This document shows, in pieces, positions 23,783-37,407 of a stretch of 64,000 nt of DNA (positions are counted from its first letter, which is position 1; every line of letters begins with the position of its first letter). The stretch is from Marsupella aquatica (Eukaryota > Plantae > Marchantiophyta): assembly GCA_973895155.1 (NCBI GenBank), contig OZ316893.1:19348857-19412856 (forward strand), given 5' to 3'. A program made the translations under genes and the position numbers. A model generated the notes under the pieces. That model was not told the DNA's origin. It did not search any database and saw nothing but the letters and a program-made list of their open reading frames with translations.

Positions 23783-26700
23783 TTAAGAAGCATGACGAGA
23801 CCGTAAACATATATATAACCCAGCACCCCCGTAATAGCGATCGGATAAACATATCCCGTCAATGTTATCCTTGCCCGATGATTGCGAGGCCTTGGATTGG
23901 CCGAGGCACGGGGGGCAAACTGCCAGTGAGGCGCGGCCCGGTACTCCGGTACTACTCCGGCCGGTACGCCCTCGTACCGGGCCGTGCGGGAGCCAAGGGC
24001 CGGTACAGTGTATTGAAATTGAGCTCATTACGGTGTCTTGATACGGTGTTCCAACGTTTTCTGTACGGTATGGAGTACGGGCAACGGCCAAGTCACAGTT
24101 CCGTCGTAAGTGGGACGGAAATACCGGCAATCATGAAGTACGGAACCGCACTACAGTTACTCCGCGTGTTAGAAAAAACGCCGGAAACTTATGATGATAA
24201 TTGTTTGGTTCGTAGAGGGGTAGAGTCAGAAACAAGTTGTGGAATGAATATTATTTCTCGTCGATCGCCTTTTCGCGCGCTAGAGTGACTCTGCCCCGCG
24301 CATGATTTGCTGTCATCGATCAGTCTCGCACCTTTCTTTCCTGTGATTAAACAATTCATTCAAATGTGCCATCTATTTTGGTCTGGTGACAAAGGACTTG
24401 AGAAATTTATAAAAGTGCGTTTTTATTACCATATGTGTGAACGTCAATTACACACGTTGAGGACTGAGAGCCTTTGGCTTTTTATTCGCAAGTGACATGG
24501 GGTAATGGAGACCAAGCTTGTTCTGCCGACAACCCTGACTGTCAATTGGAAACAGGGAAATTGAATGTACGGTGCTATTCCTAATGACTTGTCTAGTTGA
24601 GTTGATGAACACTTTGCGGATTGAAAACTATTTGGCTCTCTACTATTGAGTTACAAGGGTAACCTGACTGCATGTTAAATTTATGTCAAGTTAAATGCAC
24701 TCCATATACCAAAACATAAATCAATGCACTATATTTATAATTTACAAACTAAATAATTTGAACGACATATGTCTTGGTTTATGTTCTCATCATACAGCTC
24801 ATGTAGATTTAACGGCCATGGTAACTTGCAACGAAAACAAAGGCTATGAAACCAAGAACCCTGAATGTCAATTTAAAGTTGGGAAAAGGAATTTAAGCTG
24901 GTATTCCTAGTAGCTTTGACACAAAACCGGTTGCAACATTAGAGTGTCTCAAATTTACTGTTCTACTGAGGTTTCCAGTGACTGGAATACTCCGGGCAGG
25001 GTCACAGGTTGAAATCTGCAGTTCCCAAAAATGTTACCGCCACTAGCTCCGGCGGTAAGTGCACCTGTTCCGCACCAAAAATTGATATGCACAAATGTAT
25101 CAGCACCCGTCAAAAATAGATGTGACATGGGCGGCTGTGATCCATCACAAACCCAAAAGCCCATGGATTAAATTAGCCATTGCTTGGTAATTCAGTCTGC
25201 TGACCATAAAAAAACTGGCAATAGCTGGTTTGAGACACCGCAATGGACTACAAGGGACATCCTGTTCTCTTACAGTTACTAGTAATCTTAGATGTAAAGT
25301 GTAATATTGGAGCATATTTCAATGTTTACACCAGGTCTATGGAGGCTGTGCTAGTCCATGTGTGCTTCTCCTTCCAAATGGGGCCAGAGAAGTAAAAATC
25401 CTTCACAGCGCACATCAAAAAGGAAACCTAGAACGAACAACATTCGCTGATATAAGAAAACAATCAAAGTTGTCGTGGAATTTGAAAACCCATTAACCTG
25501 TGAGCATAGGTCACGTAACACAGTAAGTCCTTTTTTTACGTGCATTTATCGCCAGTCAATCTCCTATACGCTTAGAAAGGTCATAACAAGGCATCTATTC
25601 TATCCACAACTATGTTACTGTTGTCCTCCTAACAATTATTCCACGTGGAAACCAGAGCGCATTCAGCGACTCTAGGCAAAGACGAACCCATGTCAACCCA
25701 CAAAACCCCAAAATCCCAGGCAGTGGAGCATTTTGGCCAAGGCAGAGTAATTAGCTGCCAAAATGATATATTTAGGTACACGAAAAGTAACATGAAATGC
25801 TGGGACGTCAAAGTAAACTGTTGCTGAGACTGCGAAATTTGTAGAATTCAACTCAACACATGAAAGAAAGGGCCGGGTGGGAGGAGGACGGATGAGGCAC
25901 TGAGCAGTCTAAGATGTCTCAATCTCTGTGTAAAGGGGCAATTTGGGATGGAAACTCTGTCTAGTAGACAACGCTAACGTCAAGTGTTCTTGGAGGGATG
26001 CGTCTTGTGGTGGTTTGTGTGGGGCCGATTTATACGGTTGTATGTTGCTTTTGGTTGTTTGGAGGGTTACTCCTCCTATGTGGGTACAGTACTACAGTCT
26101 TCCTTCCAAAACAAAACAGATAGTTCTTGGAGGAGGATTTCTGGTTCAGGAGTGCAGTTGAACAGAAAATGTCTAGGTGAGACATAAAAGTGCAAGTGAG
26201 ACAAAGAAGTACTGTGGAAGAACAAAATTGTTTAATCATTTCATGTGTCGCCAATGCAAGGGTGGGTCTTTGAGACAGGAAGGCATTGAGGCACAAAAGT
26301 GTTGTCAAGACAAGGAAGGCATTGAGGAAAAGGAAGTGTTGTTGAGGCAAACAAGAGTCACTGAAGGTGCTGCTGATGCCAGGGTGGATGCAATATTGCT
26401 ATCAAAGTCAGCTGCATCACAAATCAGGTCGCCATTTCACAGTGCAATGCTGTTGATCATTTGTCAGGAGGGCAAGTGAGGGAGGGATGCAAGGGCAGGG
26501 GTGGGGTGAGCCAAGAGATGCCTGGCCTGAGAGTCTTCAGGTCCAAGCATGGTGATTCATGCGAGGATCAATTTCATTTGTTTATCTTGTAATTCCTTAG
26601 CAAGATCCTTGAATAAACCACCAAAACTTGCATAGACCATTCTGAAATTAATTTAGATGATAACATATTTTGATTGTTGCATAAATGCTTACCTTTTGAG

Positions 26701-29700
26701 GTATACAAAAGTGTTCAGTTCATCATGTTGTGTTGTGGCTGAGACATCAACTTCTATACTTTTTGGATGTCTTACATGTTGTAACGTATATCAAAGTGCC
26801 AGAAAACAAAAACGCCAAACGGGGAGACATGGTCCCAAAGGCAAAGAAACTCAATAAAGGGAAGGGAAAAAGTAATCCGCATGACTTTTCCACTTGCACA
26901 ACTGAATTTGGCAAGGAACACGATTGATCTGACGTTTGATAATTGTAAAACAAGCTGTCAACATAGAGTAGGATGGAGCAGGTTCCTCTCTGACGAGCTC
27001 CCTGCTCTACTTTGTTCAGTGTTCCTTGTTGTTCTCTGCCTTTAGGGGAAATGTTCAGTGATAATATCCATTGCTCTTGTCATCACTGATCACTCTCAAA
27101 TGAGCTGTTTTGACTCTAGCGCAAATGAATCGGCTACAATTACAAGGCAAGACTTTGCACCAGTCTCTTGGAATAGAATACCATACATGCTTTATAGGGA
27201 CACAATCGTGCAGCTTTTGACATACAACATGGACCACGATGTCTGCTTTTGAAGTACCATACAATATAAAAACTCAAAGCAAGTTGTAGCTGAAAGTTGG
27301 CTACAACTTTTTCGAAGAGGTATGTCAATAAGTTAAGCCTTATGTTTGCACGCGCAGAGTGAAGCTTTCTTTACATGATGATTGTAAAGGGGGGTACTCA
27401 ATTAATGGTTCTATTTTGGTGGCAGTTCATGCACCATCAAAGTTAGGAGTATATTAAATAACTTGCCAAGGAATATTTGTGAGATAGAACAGGGTTACCC
27501 AGCTACTTTGGTATGCTCTGAACTAGGATGGTGACAAAGGTACCCCTCGTGACATCTTAGGCTTCCGCCTCACTGCCTGCCACCCCCCCCCCCCCCAAAA
27601 AAAAAGGAAAGATGAAACAATCTTTCTTTGAACCAAGGTCAGCCCCCACCCAAGATTTTCTGTCATGCAATTGGAATGAATTCTCTTGGGGGGAGAACCT
27701 TCAACTTGATAACAAAGGAGAAACTCACACAAGCCCAACTGGCAAAATATCACCAAAAACGTCGTACAAAACTGCAACAACCAAGAAAGGCAACAGCAAA
27801 GGACTGCTGCCCTAAGATTCAAACCTAAGAGGTATTTGCTTGATGGGACCCCAAAATGAAAAGTGTTACTTGGGGTCCCATCAATCACACCTTTATGAAA
27901 ATGAATCACATCACATAAACTCTTTGCACACCTTTATGCAAATGAATCATATCACATAAACTCTTTGCAGCTTACATCTAGTCCCATCTAAGGTGCTGTA
28001 ACCTCCATACAACAGAAACTGGGCCTGTCCACACATGGGTATTCACTGAGGAGGTTTAATAGTTTGTCTGCTGGAAATCTATCGTAGAGAATTCCTTTGA
28101 ATTGAATGGTGCATCGCCAAAACACATGAGATTGGGCAAACATTCAGTGAGAATGTAATCAATGATATGGAGTTATTTTCTGGTGGTATGGAGCATTGTT
28201 TTTTAGGATTCTCGGCTGGGACTTGTTTTTAAACAGTTCTTGTTTTCCTACATTATAACATATTGCATTGCAACCAGAATGAAAATGGAGCTTTTCACTG
28301 TCTTCCCAACTTACAACTCATAGGGAATATTAACTTTTATCATGAGGGATTTCAGGCTTACTAAGTTGCTGCAGGTTTCACGAATGGAGAGCCACTACAA
28401 ATTGCACTCTTGCAGGATGGAAGACTGCTTATGAACATTAATTCAATGTAACTTTATGCCACATTGCAGTGCATCAATTGAGTATTGAGCCTGTAAGGGT
28501 GGCTTTACGGGGACACATTGTCTCCTTTTAGATTAAATCTAGTCTGTATAATAAGTGGGAGCAGATGCAGTTGGCTTTAGAAGAGCTTGGGGCCCATTCA
28601 AGTCTGTTGTCTACAAATACTCCTGGAATTTATTTTTTGTCTAGGAGTTTACACCACCTCCACAGGTGGTCCAAACGTTTCCAAACTTGGGCTCCCTTTT
28701 AAAAATAAAATAAAAACTTTGGCTCATTCACTCAAGGGGTTTGTATTTGTTGAAGTTCATCTCAAATTATCTTTGGTATGGACTCTTTGGTACCAATGTT
28801 CTTTAAAGGGTCCCATGGGACTTAAGAATGCCCGAGGTCATGGAAGTCATATTCCTAAATCCTAATCAAATAACTCTCAACCCAACCCAACCTTAACTGA
28901 ACTGAGCTAACATAACTTTCATATAACCTTCAATAGCCTTTTTTTTTTTAACAAGGCCCTCTCTTTTCCTCCCCTTCATTGGGTTGCTTACTTGCTTTGC
29001 CTTTGAGACCTTGTCTCCGGGTTTGGCGTTTTTGCCTTTGGGCACTGATATATATATATAAGTATATATAGGTGCATAACACATGATAGGGGACTAGGGG
29101 TACCTTTGCCAGCAGCTCACAGTCTATCCTAGAACAACCCCACCATGGCACCATCGGAATCGCAGCACCAACCTGCGGACAAGAGCGCATTTACATACGA
29201 GCGACTCGCGGACGTGCAGAGAGCCGTTCAGCACCACACAGAGAGACCAGGCTCTGGGCTCCTACTGGTGCACTCGAAGTCGCCAACCAGACAACTGACA
29301 ATCCGAACTGATAACCACATTACGAGGATGACACGGCGCGACGCGGAGAACTGCTGTTCCGGGACTTTTGCGGCGGCTCGGGAAACTGGGGGCTACAGGC
29401 TTTCGTGGCGTTACGTCGTCCGTTTTTTAATTTCCCGGCGAAGTCGCGATCTCGCCAAGGCGTCTATCCTTCCCCTATCAAGACGACCTTCGAGATGCGC
29501 TCTCATTTGTTTCGGCGATAAGTCCGCGTCCCTCCAACAGAGGACCGTCATGGGGACCTTTCCTCCCGTCCCGCACTTCCCGGGTACTCGTTGTTCGCTA
29601 GATTCCACCTCTAGACATCTTCCCCGACTGGCGAAAACCAACTACCCTAGAAGGAGGTTTTGTGGAAGCCTTCCAGTAGCCATTTTCCAGTCACTGCTCC

Positions 29701-32679
29701 GACGAAGCAAGGATAGAATCGGACGGACCGTTGATTGCCACATCCACCTAAACGTACATGCGTGTCGTACCTGAATTTGCTGGGAATGTCCCGGCACGAT
29801 GCAACCGGGCCGGGGCTCCCTACGCGGGTGTAGGTTTATGAACAAGCGAACAGCGAAAGCGCCATGCCGCTGAATGAGCTAAAAATATCGGATTGGAAAC
29901 TATTAAAATAATGTGGAGCGGAAGAAATCGCCGGCAGATAAGGTAGTTTTGGCGAGGTCGACTCCGGGAATAAATGTGAGGCCCCGGATAGCCGGAATAC
30001 GATCTGGATTTTCTCGTTTGTCGAACTGAATGTCGACATGTCAGTGGACAGCACCGTATCGGCAGTTTGTCAGGACAGAGAGACAGAATAGTGTTTGCGT
30101 CCGGGGTGTAATTTTATATCCGTCATGTCAGAAGCATTGACTCAGGACTCGTATATTATATCCACTTGGAAACTCGTCTTATGATATTCCCTTCCATTTA
30201 GGTGAAACGCTTTTTACTTTGACAAAATCACTAACCTTGCTTAATTAAACCACATTATAAGGTGCACATTAAGGTTGACTGGAAATGGACTGTCTTGGGC
30301 TCCATTTTTTAAGGTGAGTGTTTTGGTGAATACATTCTTCACTAAGAAACAAGAACGAGCATTTTTGTATGGGCATGTGTGGTTTAATCATACTAGAGTA
30401 ACCCAACTGACAATAGCCTAATTGGCCTAGAGACTCAAAGAAACTCATAATTTTGCCAGGTTGATCCAACCTGATTGTAAAAATGGGATAAATGTGGAGG
30501 ACTAAAACACCATCGAGCAAATTGTGAGTTTATGTGGATTCACTGCCGGTTTCATTCAGAAATACAAAGACATGAACGCTCATGTCTTCACCATCTATGT
30601 TAATGGGAGTCTCGTGGGACAACGAAATCCCAGGGGTGCATTGTTGAGAACTGTGCACTTGGATATTAATTGTCTCCAGACAGATTCCTCGAGCAATTCC
30701 CACCATCAAACTAGTATAATTCCAATGTTCTCAGTTTTTTTATGATGAATAAAATAAAATAAAATGCATCCAAGTGCGCCTTGTGACTATTCGTCCCGCT
30801 AGTTGCACTTATGCACAGGTCACGATGCAATGTTGCATTATAGTAATGGAAACCACTTATTGATCAAATAAACTGATGGACGCAAGCCAGTGTTCAACTT
30901 TAAATATCACTCTCTCGTAGTGATTTGACGGCACAAATGCTGCATGGGGTTAGCAGTGACATACGTGTCGCCATCCAGGGATTTACGTAACGTGATGGAG
31001 GGTGGCTCTTTATGGTAGCCATAGAGAACTGGTTTAAGGTTTTATTGCAGTCATCACAGATTCATATCACGCCCAGATAGAGTCCCACCGGCCGTATATC
31101 GTGTGATGTGAGGATCCAACGGCGGGGAAACGTACAGCACATCACCATCACTGAGGTACCCAAACGCCGTTTTTATAGCCAAGTGAGCAGAGGAGGCTAC
31201 ATTGCTACGAAACTCCAGATATCCTCTTTTGGTGTCGTCCAAACGTTTTCGACTTGGGGACCGCCCAGAATGGCAAGCATGGCAGCTAATGTACGTCGGT
31301 ACCGTAGGCCGTATCGCTACAGTTCTGTAGCTGTTCCTTACCGTGCGGGTCCAGTTATTAGTGTACCGACCCCCCCCCCCCCCACACCCCCCCCCGTTCT
31401 TCTTCTTGCCATTCCTGGCCATTCCCCGCCCCCTGCCTTCTAGACCCGTTGTGCCTATTCTGCCCCCTTGCTCTGTGTAAGGGCCACATGCCCCCTCGAG
31501 TTGCAATCAGCCTGGCAGGCAGGGCAGCTAGCATTGTTCACAGCATGGGGTAGTTGCAAAAGAAAAGCAACAGCTTAAGGTGTATTGTGCTACTTGTCAA
31601 ATGTACACAGGTTGAGGTTGACCTGACTTTCCATATGATGATAAACACAATTATTCTTTTATATAGCTGAGTGCTTTTTATGTGCAGTTACCACTACAAT
31701 TGTGTTATAGGGGATTGTTACTTATTCAAGACCTTCCCTTGTACTGTACACTGGGTAATCCTCTCGTTTTGTGTGCGTTAGTTAACTTATTTTCCTCTTG
31801 TACTTTGGCTTCGTTGTCTTACGTCCTTGACTTATTGTGCTTTGGTTTCAATGGTGGAGCGAGTTTTTCTTTTGTTTTCTCGTTGCTTCTATATTTGATC
31901 GGAGATTGGTGATAGTTTGGCATGAGGGTTTCGACTGTACCATTTGTGGACCCAACTCGAGTTTCTGGGTCAGATTCTCCTCACGTGTCACCGAGTATGA
32001 TCCATCAATATTCTCTCATTTACCAAGTATGATAACTAGTCATGGAGGAATGAAAAATAATAATGCACTAGTGATGGTGATGAATTGGGTGACTTGTCTC
32101 GAGGCTGCACACGAACCCCCCATTTGTACATCCTACCAATGTTCGTTATTATTGGTTTCCAAGGCATAAGTTATAGACCACCCACGCTTGTAGTTTGTAA
32201 CACTTGTACCAATAGTATGGAATGTGGTGTTGAGAGATTCTTCTGTGTAGAGGGATCGCTTCATCTTTCAGTTTTCTGTATTCATTGTTTTCTTTAGACA
32301 ATACAATTGCACTAGAGCCCGCTCAAGCATTCACCCATTCTGCAAATGGTCAAGGTTGTTGGTTTGGGGTTCCCCCTATGCAATTTACTTGGAACTTTAC
32401 CAGGCCTTCAGTTGATTGGTTGGTAGAGCTTTAGTTCTTTTGCAGTTGTGGGGAATTCTCAAACTTTTCAGGCTCATTATTCGTCCTAGGTTTTCCCTTG
32501 TGTTCTCTCCTTTAATGGGTGGTACTCCAGTTTGGCGCTTTGGAGTGTGGTACATACTTTATGGAAACCACACACCTATTTCATGAATTTGCAAGTCTGG
32601 AATTTAGCGCCCCAAATGAGGTTCTACAAGTTTTCTTTGGTTTTACGTACAAAGAGTTTCACAACATACTTGGATCTAG

Positions 32680-33520
32680 GGTTGGCGTTGCATGTGCGAC
32701 CTAGCACTGTGTCTCAAGAGGTCCTTGGGACAGCTTCCATGGAGGATAGGAGAGGAAGGGATGCGAACGTTGCATATGCACAGGATATGTGATAGAAATT
32801 CCGTATCTTTAATTCTTAGACTGGGCCACAGTGGAATCAACCTCTTACCAAAGATCCCCTCTCTCACACGGAAGCAATCAAGATCGTCATCAAAACAATT
32901 GTAGGGGCACTGCCACATGCTAGTTCTCCAATCAAGCCTCCACCCCTGGCACCCCATCTCGCTGTTCTTGCAAGCATTGAATTCACGAGAATTGGACCTA
33001 CTACCTAGGTGATCCAGACAGAAGAGCTTATTGTTTAGCTACTGTAGTACAAATAGAAATACGACATGATTGTGACTGTCATATCTGTAATCTTAAAGAC
33101 AATTCTCGTAGGATTCGAGATTTGCGTCGAACTTCCAGTTCGGCGGACTTGTGGAAATAGCCACAAGAACTTAACGTGCGTTGGGGACTCGCTCGTGCCT
33201 CCAGAATAAAAAATTAAGGCAAACGTTTGCAGGGTACGACATGCCAGACTCACATAAGGGGACTAAACTAGAAGCGAGCCCGGAGTGATTTTAGGGGCCA
33301 CATGCTTTCTGCTTCCACAAAACGCTTGTCCACCTCTTTCCAGAAATTGGAAACTCGCAGAAAGAGCTCGTGACCGCACACGGACGCCAAAGTTGATAAA
33401 TACAGATAGAGGGATGCATCGGTACAGTTTGTCATACGAGGTCGACCACCTCGAGCGCACAATGTGTGTGGTTGCTTCTCCATCACCTTCAAAGTGGAGG
33501 CAATAATCGTCTGGGCCCAA
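32680..33520 (-). pseudogene. Possible decayed F-box-like gene
   Basis: Weak F-box-like segment DASLYLYLSTLASVCGHELFLRVSNFWK followed by stop-interrupted reading frames. Tentative. Confidence 0.25.
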
Positions 33521-35086
33521 TGGGCTCTGCTCTCCAATCGTGGGCTCTCATCCTGAACTGGGTAGGTAGGGCACTCATTCTCATCTTGCTTGGCCCTTCG
33601 ATTTCTCAGATGGCGGCCTGAAATAAATATTGCGAAAATATAATTGGATCTCTGGATCCTCACAACTGCCGTTGGACCGGGCCTTCCGTAGTCTGAATCA
33701 GTTGGTGGGTAGGTCCCAGTACCGTAGTAGAGCTTGCAGAGGTCCCAGTACCCGTAGTAGAGTAGAGCTTGCAGAAATCTTGGACAGCGTCCTACGGAGG
33801 GGCCAGGGGGAGGCCGATATGGGTACAAAGTGAGGAGAGTCAATCGTGAAGTCGTTGGTCGATTCCCTTTGAGGATGTGGGAGCTCACCATTTGTTGGCA
33901 CTTCGAATTCCAAGTCTCGTTTCAAGAGTGTGAACCAGCTTCTTCTTTTTTTAGTGGCGAAAATTAGCCAAATTCCACCTCCCCAAAAATCTTTGGCCAC
34001 TTTTGGCAAAAAATGAAAATTGGCTACTATTTTTCTGTCTCATTAGCCAGTGTTCCATTTAATCACAGACCCCATTATCCAGAGTTTGGTTAGCCTTAAA
34101 TCTACGGTTAAATCTAGGGAGACCTGATGGTCAGGAATGTAATTGGATAGCGAATCTTCTGAGCATCTTCTCTGTCACACGATGTACATTAGCCACTCTG
34201 GCAAAAAAGTAAAATCCTTTAAAAATATGCTCGTGTGAACCAAACTTCATTGTGGGTGTCAGGGAACAAATTATTTTCTTCCATGCATATACGACTATGC
34301 CAAATTATTTTTCTTCCATGCATATAGAACTATATATATGACATTGCCCAATAATATTCTTTGATGGATATAGAAATATATATGACATTGTCCAATTAGC
34401 TTGGTTGATCGATATAGAATTATATATCTCACACTGCCAAAAAGACAGAACCACCAATCCGGGAGACAACATCCCACAGGCAAAAAGGACCCAATAAAAG
34501 GAGGGAAAAGAGAAAGACCCTGAGAATACCAAAGAGTCCCAACAAGCAAAGGAGTTCTCACAAGCAAAAAGACCCAATAAAGGGAGTGAAAAGGGAAAGA
34601 CCCTAAACGAAGGCCCACCAAGCCAAGGAGTCCCCCACAATGACCCCCCACAGCAACACAGGATAACTTACAAGCAAGGGCTTAGGGGACGCACTAAGAT
34701 GGGCACAGGACGGAAATACCAACAACACAGGGGCGTGGGGTCACCCAAGCGAGCAACCTCCCCCCCCCCCCCCCACAGGGCCGGGAGGTCACCATTCATG
34801 ACAGCCAGTGGTCCTCTCCCAGGTTGCAGGTAGCAGACCTCTTTAACTCCTCACTCCACACCTCCCAAACACACAAGCCATGGCAAACTAGAACACTAGA
34901 ACTCCTACTCTAGTCCACTTTTACAATGAAGAGGTTGCATTTCTATTTGCCCTTCTGCTTTGATTCTCAGTTTCTTGTTCCAGATTATACAAAGAAAAAG
35001 AAACATATACTACACAAAAAGGGCCAAACAAAGTATAATGAAGGGCAAACAAAAGGTACACTGGTAATTGGATATCACTATACTGC

Positions 35087-35240
35087 TCATGACATCACTC
35101 CATACGGGGATACACCAAATTATTCTCATCACTCCATACCCGGATAAACCTAATTATTCACTGAGTGTTATGACATCACTCCATCTTAAGATACACCTAA
35201 TTATTCTCATCACTCTATACCAGGATAAACCTAATTATTC
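35087..35240. repeat. Two tandem ~81-bp units with internal subrepeats
   Basis: ATGACATCACTCCAT...GATACACC.AATTATTCTCATCACTC.ATACC.GGATAAACCTAATTATTC occurs twice. Confidence 0.75.
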
Positions 35241-37407
35241 GCGTCTTCATAGGGTTTTGTAATGAAGACCTGGATTGGTTGAGGGAAGGAAGCTGCTTAC
35301 TATTTGCAGTTGGTGAATCCTTCACATTCCATAACAATATTGCAACAGGCAGCAAATGCCCCTTCCAACGTCCACTTCCGCACACTGGGTCAGCAGTCCA
35401 GATAATCGGGATAGACTAATATTTTCCAGGCTATTGTTTTCATTCATGTAATGGTTTCATATGAAATTCAACCGACGACTGCTGCTGCACTCCAAATTTC
35501 ATTCTTAAACCTATGAATGTCGCTTCAGCCTTTCAATGAATACTGCTTCCTCGTGTCGAATTTCTTGTGAGTGCAGGTGCCGAAAGAAAGGTACGCAACA
35601 TAAACTTATTGAACAAGAGCGTTCAACAACGAATTCTACCGTGTAAGGAACTGTGTCTTATTTGGGTTTAGTCCGCAGGCAGGAGGGGATAAGGAACTGT
35701 TTCGCGAGTTCCACCAACCATGATAGATGTGCATGTCTAGGCTGCAAAGCAAGCTTAGCAAACCAGATCAAAGAGGGACCCGCCCAAATATCTCTTCAAG
35801 AAAAAGAAAACACCCCCTTAAAATTACATGACCACTTACTAGCTCGGAAAAAGTTTTTGCAGCTGACAGCGAACTCAGCATCTGAGTCCGATGGCACGAA
35901 ACTGAAGTCTTGGTGCATTAAATCATAGGATAGCAATGTCGAGCTTTAGACCAAATCTTGAGCTATAAAACTGGTACTTTAAAGAGTCTAGATAGATGGT
36001 GAACAGCGTGCTACCCTCCCGATGTTTTATATCACCTGTTATGAGCCGACGAGGTGCCTCTCTCTTCAAAGACAAAGCAGGGATAGGACAGGACGGGGCG
36101 CAAGGCAGATATTCTCAATATTGGGTTTTCCCTTTATTGGGTCTGTTTCCTTGTCGTGTCTCCTGTTGGTTGGGCGCCTTTCGTTCTTTGGAGTATAATA
36201 TACATCTACGTCACTCTGAGGAAGCATGAAAGAGTATTTTATAACAGAAACAAGAAGGCAAGAATGAGTACTATATTTCTTTTGTGTTTCTTCTCTTTGA
36301 ATTTCTTTTGTTTGTGTCCTGGTAATCACACATCAAAATGTGATAATATAAGGTGTAAACTCAGGCGGAAATTGCCATTATCCAAGAGAAACGCCGTGAG
36401 AGAGCTAGGTAAGTTAGAAAATGATGCTCCCATGGACCACAACGTTGATCTTTTGAAACCTCAGTCGACCACATTTCCCAAAATTTGACATTTATTATTA
36501 TGTTTTGGTGACAAGGCAAATCAAAGCCCCCTTTGACAAAGAAAAGCAGGTCAGATGAGCAGAGCACTCTAGCCCGTTTTTTCACCTCTCTGAAATGAAT
36601 GGGCAGCGTAACCTTCTCCGAACAAGTGAGACAGGTCATGATATACTTGTCATAGAGGCACCTCCTAACTAGTGTGACAAGTCAATATATAGTTGTGATA
36701 GAATTTCGTTTAGTACTGACATCCACCTGATGTGTCAGTCTTAAGATCATGTAGGTGACTACAATGTCTTTACTTGACATACCATTCCTTGTAGCAAGAC
36801 TTATTCTGAATTTGGTTCCAGAAATTCTTAGATTCATCACGGATACGCAATGCTTCCTCCCTTTGAATTCTTACTGGCTAACAGAGAGCAATATAAGAAA
36901 ATTGACAGTCTGATATAAACCTAATGGTCCACAGAATGTACATTGTTATTAAGAGGAGGCCTGAATGTCATAAATGAGGGATTACCCAACCTTTTCAAAT
37001 GCGACTGAAGACGAACTCACCTTCAATATGCAGGGGGGGATTGAGTAGCTAAATTTGGAGGAACGTCCAAGATGACCGTTTGTCAAAAGGTCTCGTGAGC
37101 TATTCGTCTCAATCCTGTGAAAAGACAAGATATAGGACAAGATAGAAACTCCTACCCAACAACCAAGCCATATCTAACATTCTCATAGAATCGATTTTAT
37201 TTCTGTCCTACCGTGTCCATGCAAGGTTAACGTGTCCCGATGGCAATCTCCTGGGCTGTTAAATCTTTTAGTTTGCAACAGACTACTTGGCACTGAAAGG
37301 CACCACTTAGTGTACTACAAGCGCTAGTTCACTGAAAACAGAGGCTCCCATAGATGTCAACCTTGACAGCCACCTCAAATTCAAGGCCTGAGGTGAGACG
37401 AGCATCC

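Noticed and set aside
23704-24288. 194-aa ORF
   Set aside because: It crosses the transposon's right TIR, is GC-rich and repetitive, and has no recognisable motif.
27058-27320. Possible Ulp1-like protease exon
   Set aside because: The resemblance is too weak, there is an in-frame stop, and no catalytic motifs were found.
30770-30803. Helitron 3' end (CCCGCTAGT)
   Set aside because: No convincing GC-rich hairpin upstream of the CTAG and no Rep/helicase remnants were seen.
31370-31395. Poly-C/G runs (also near 27583, 34760, 63703) as G-quadruplex signals
   Set aside because: Simple homopolymers with no supporting context.
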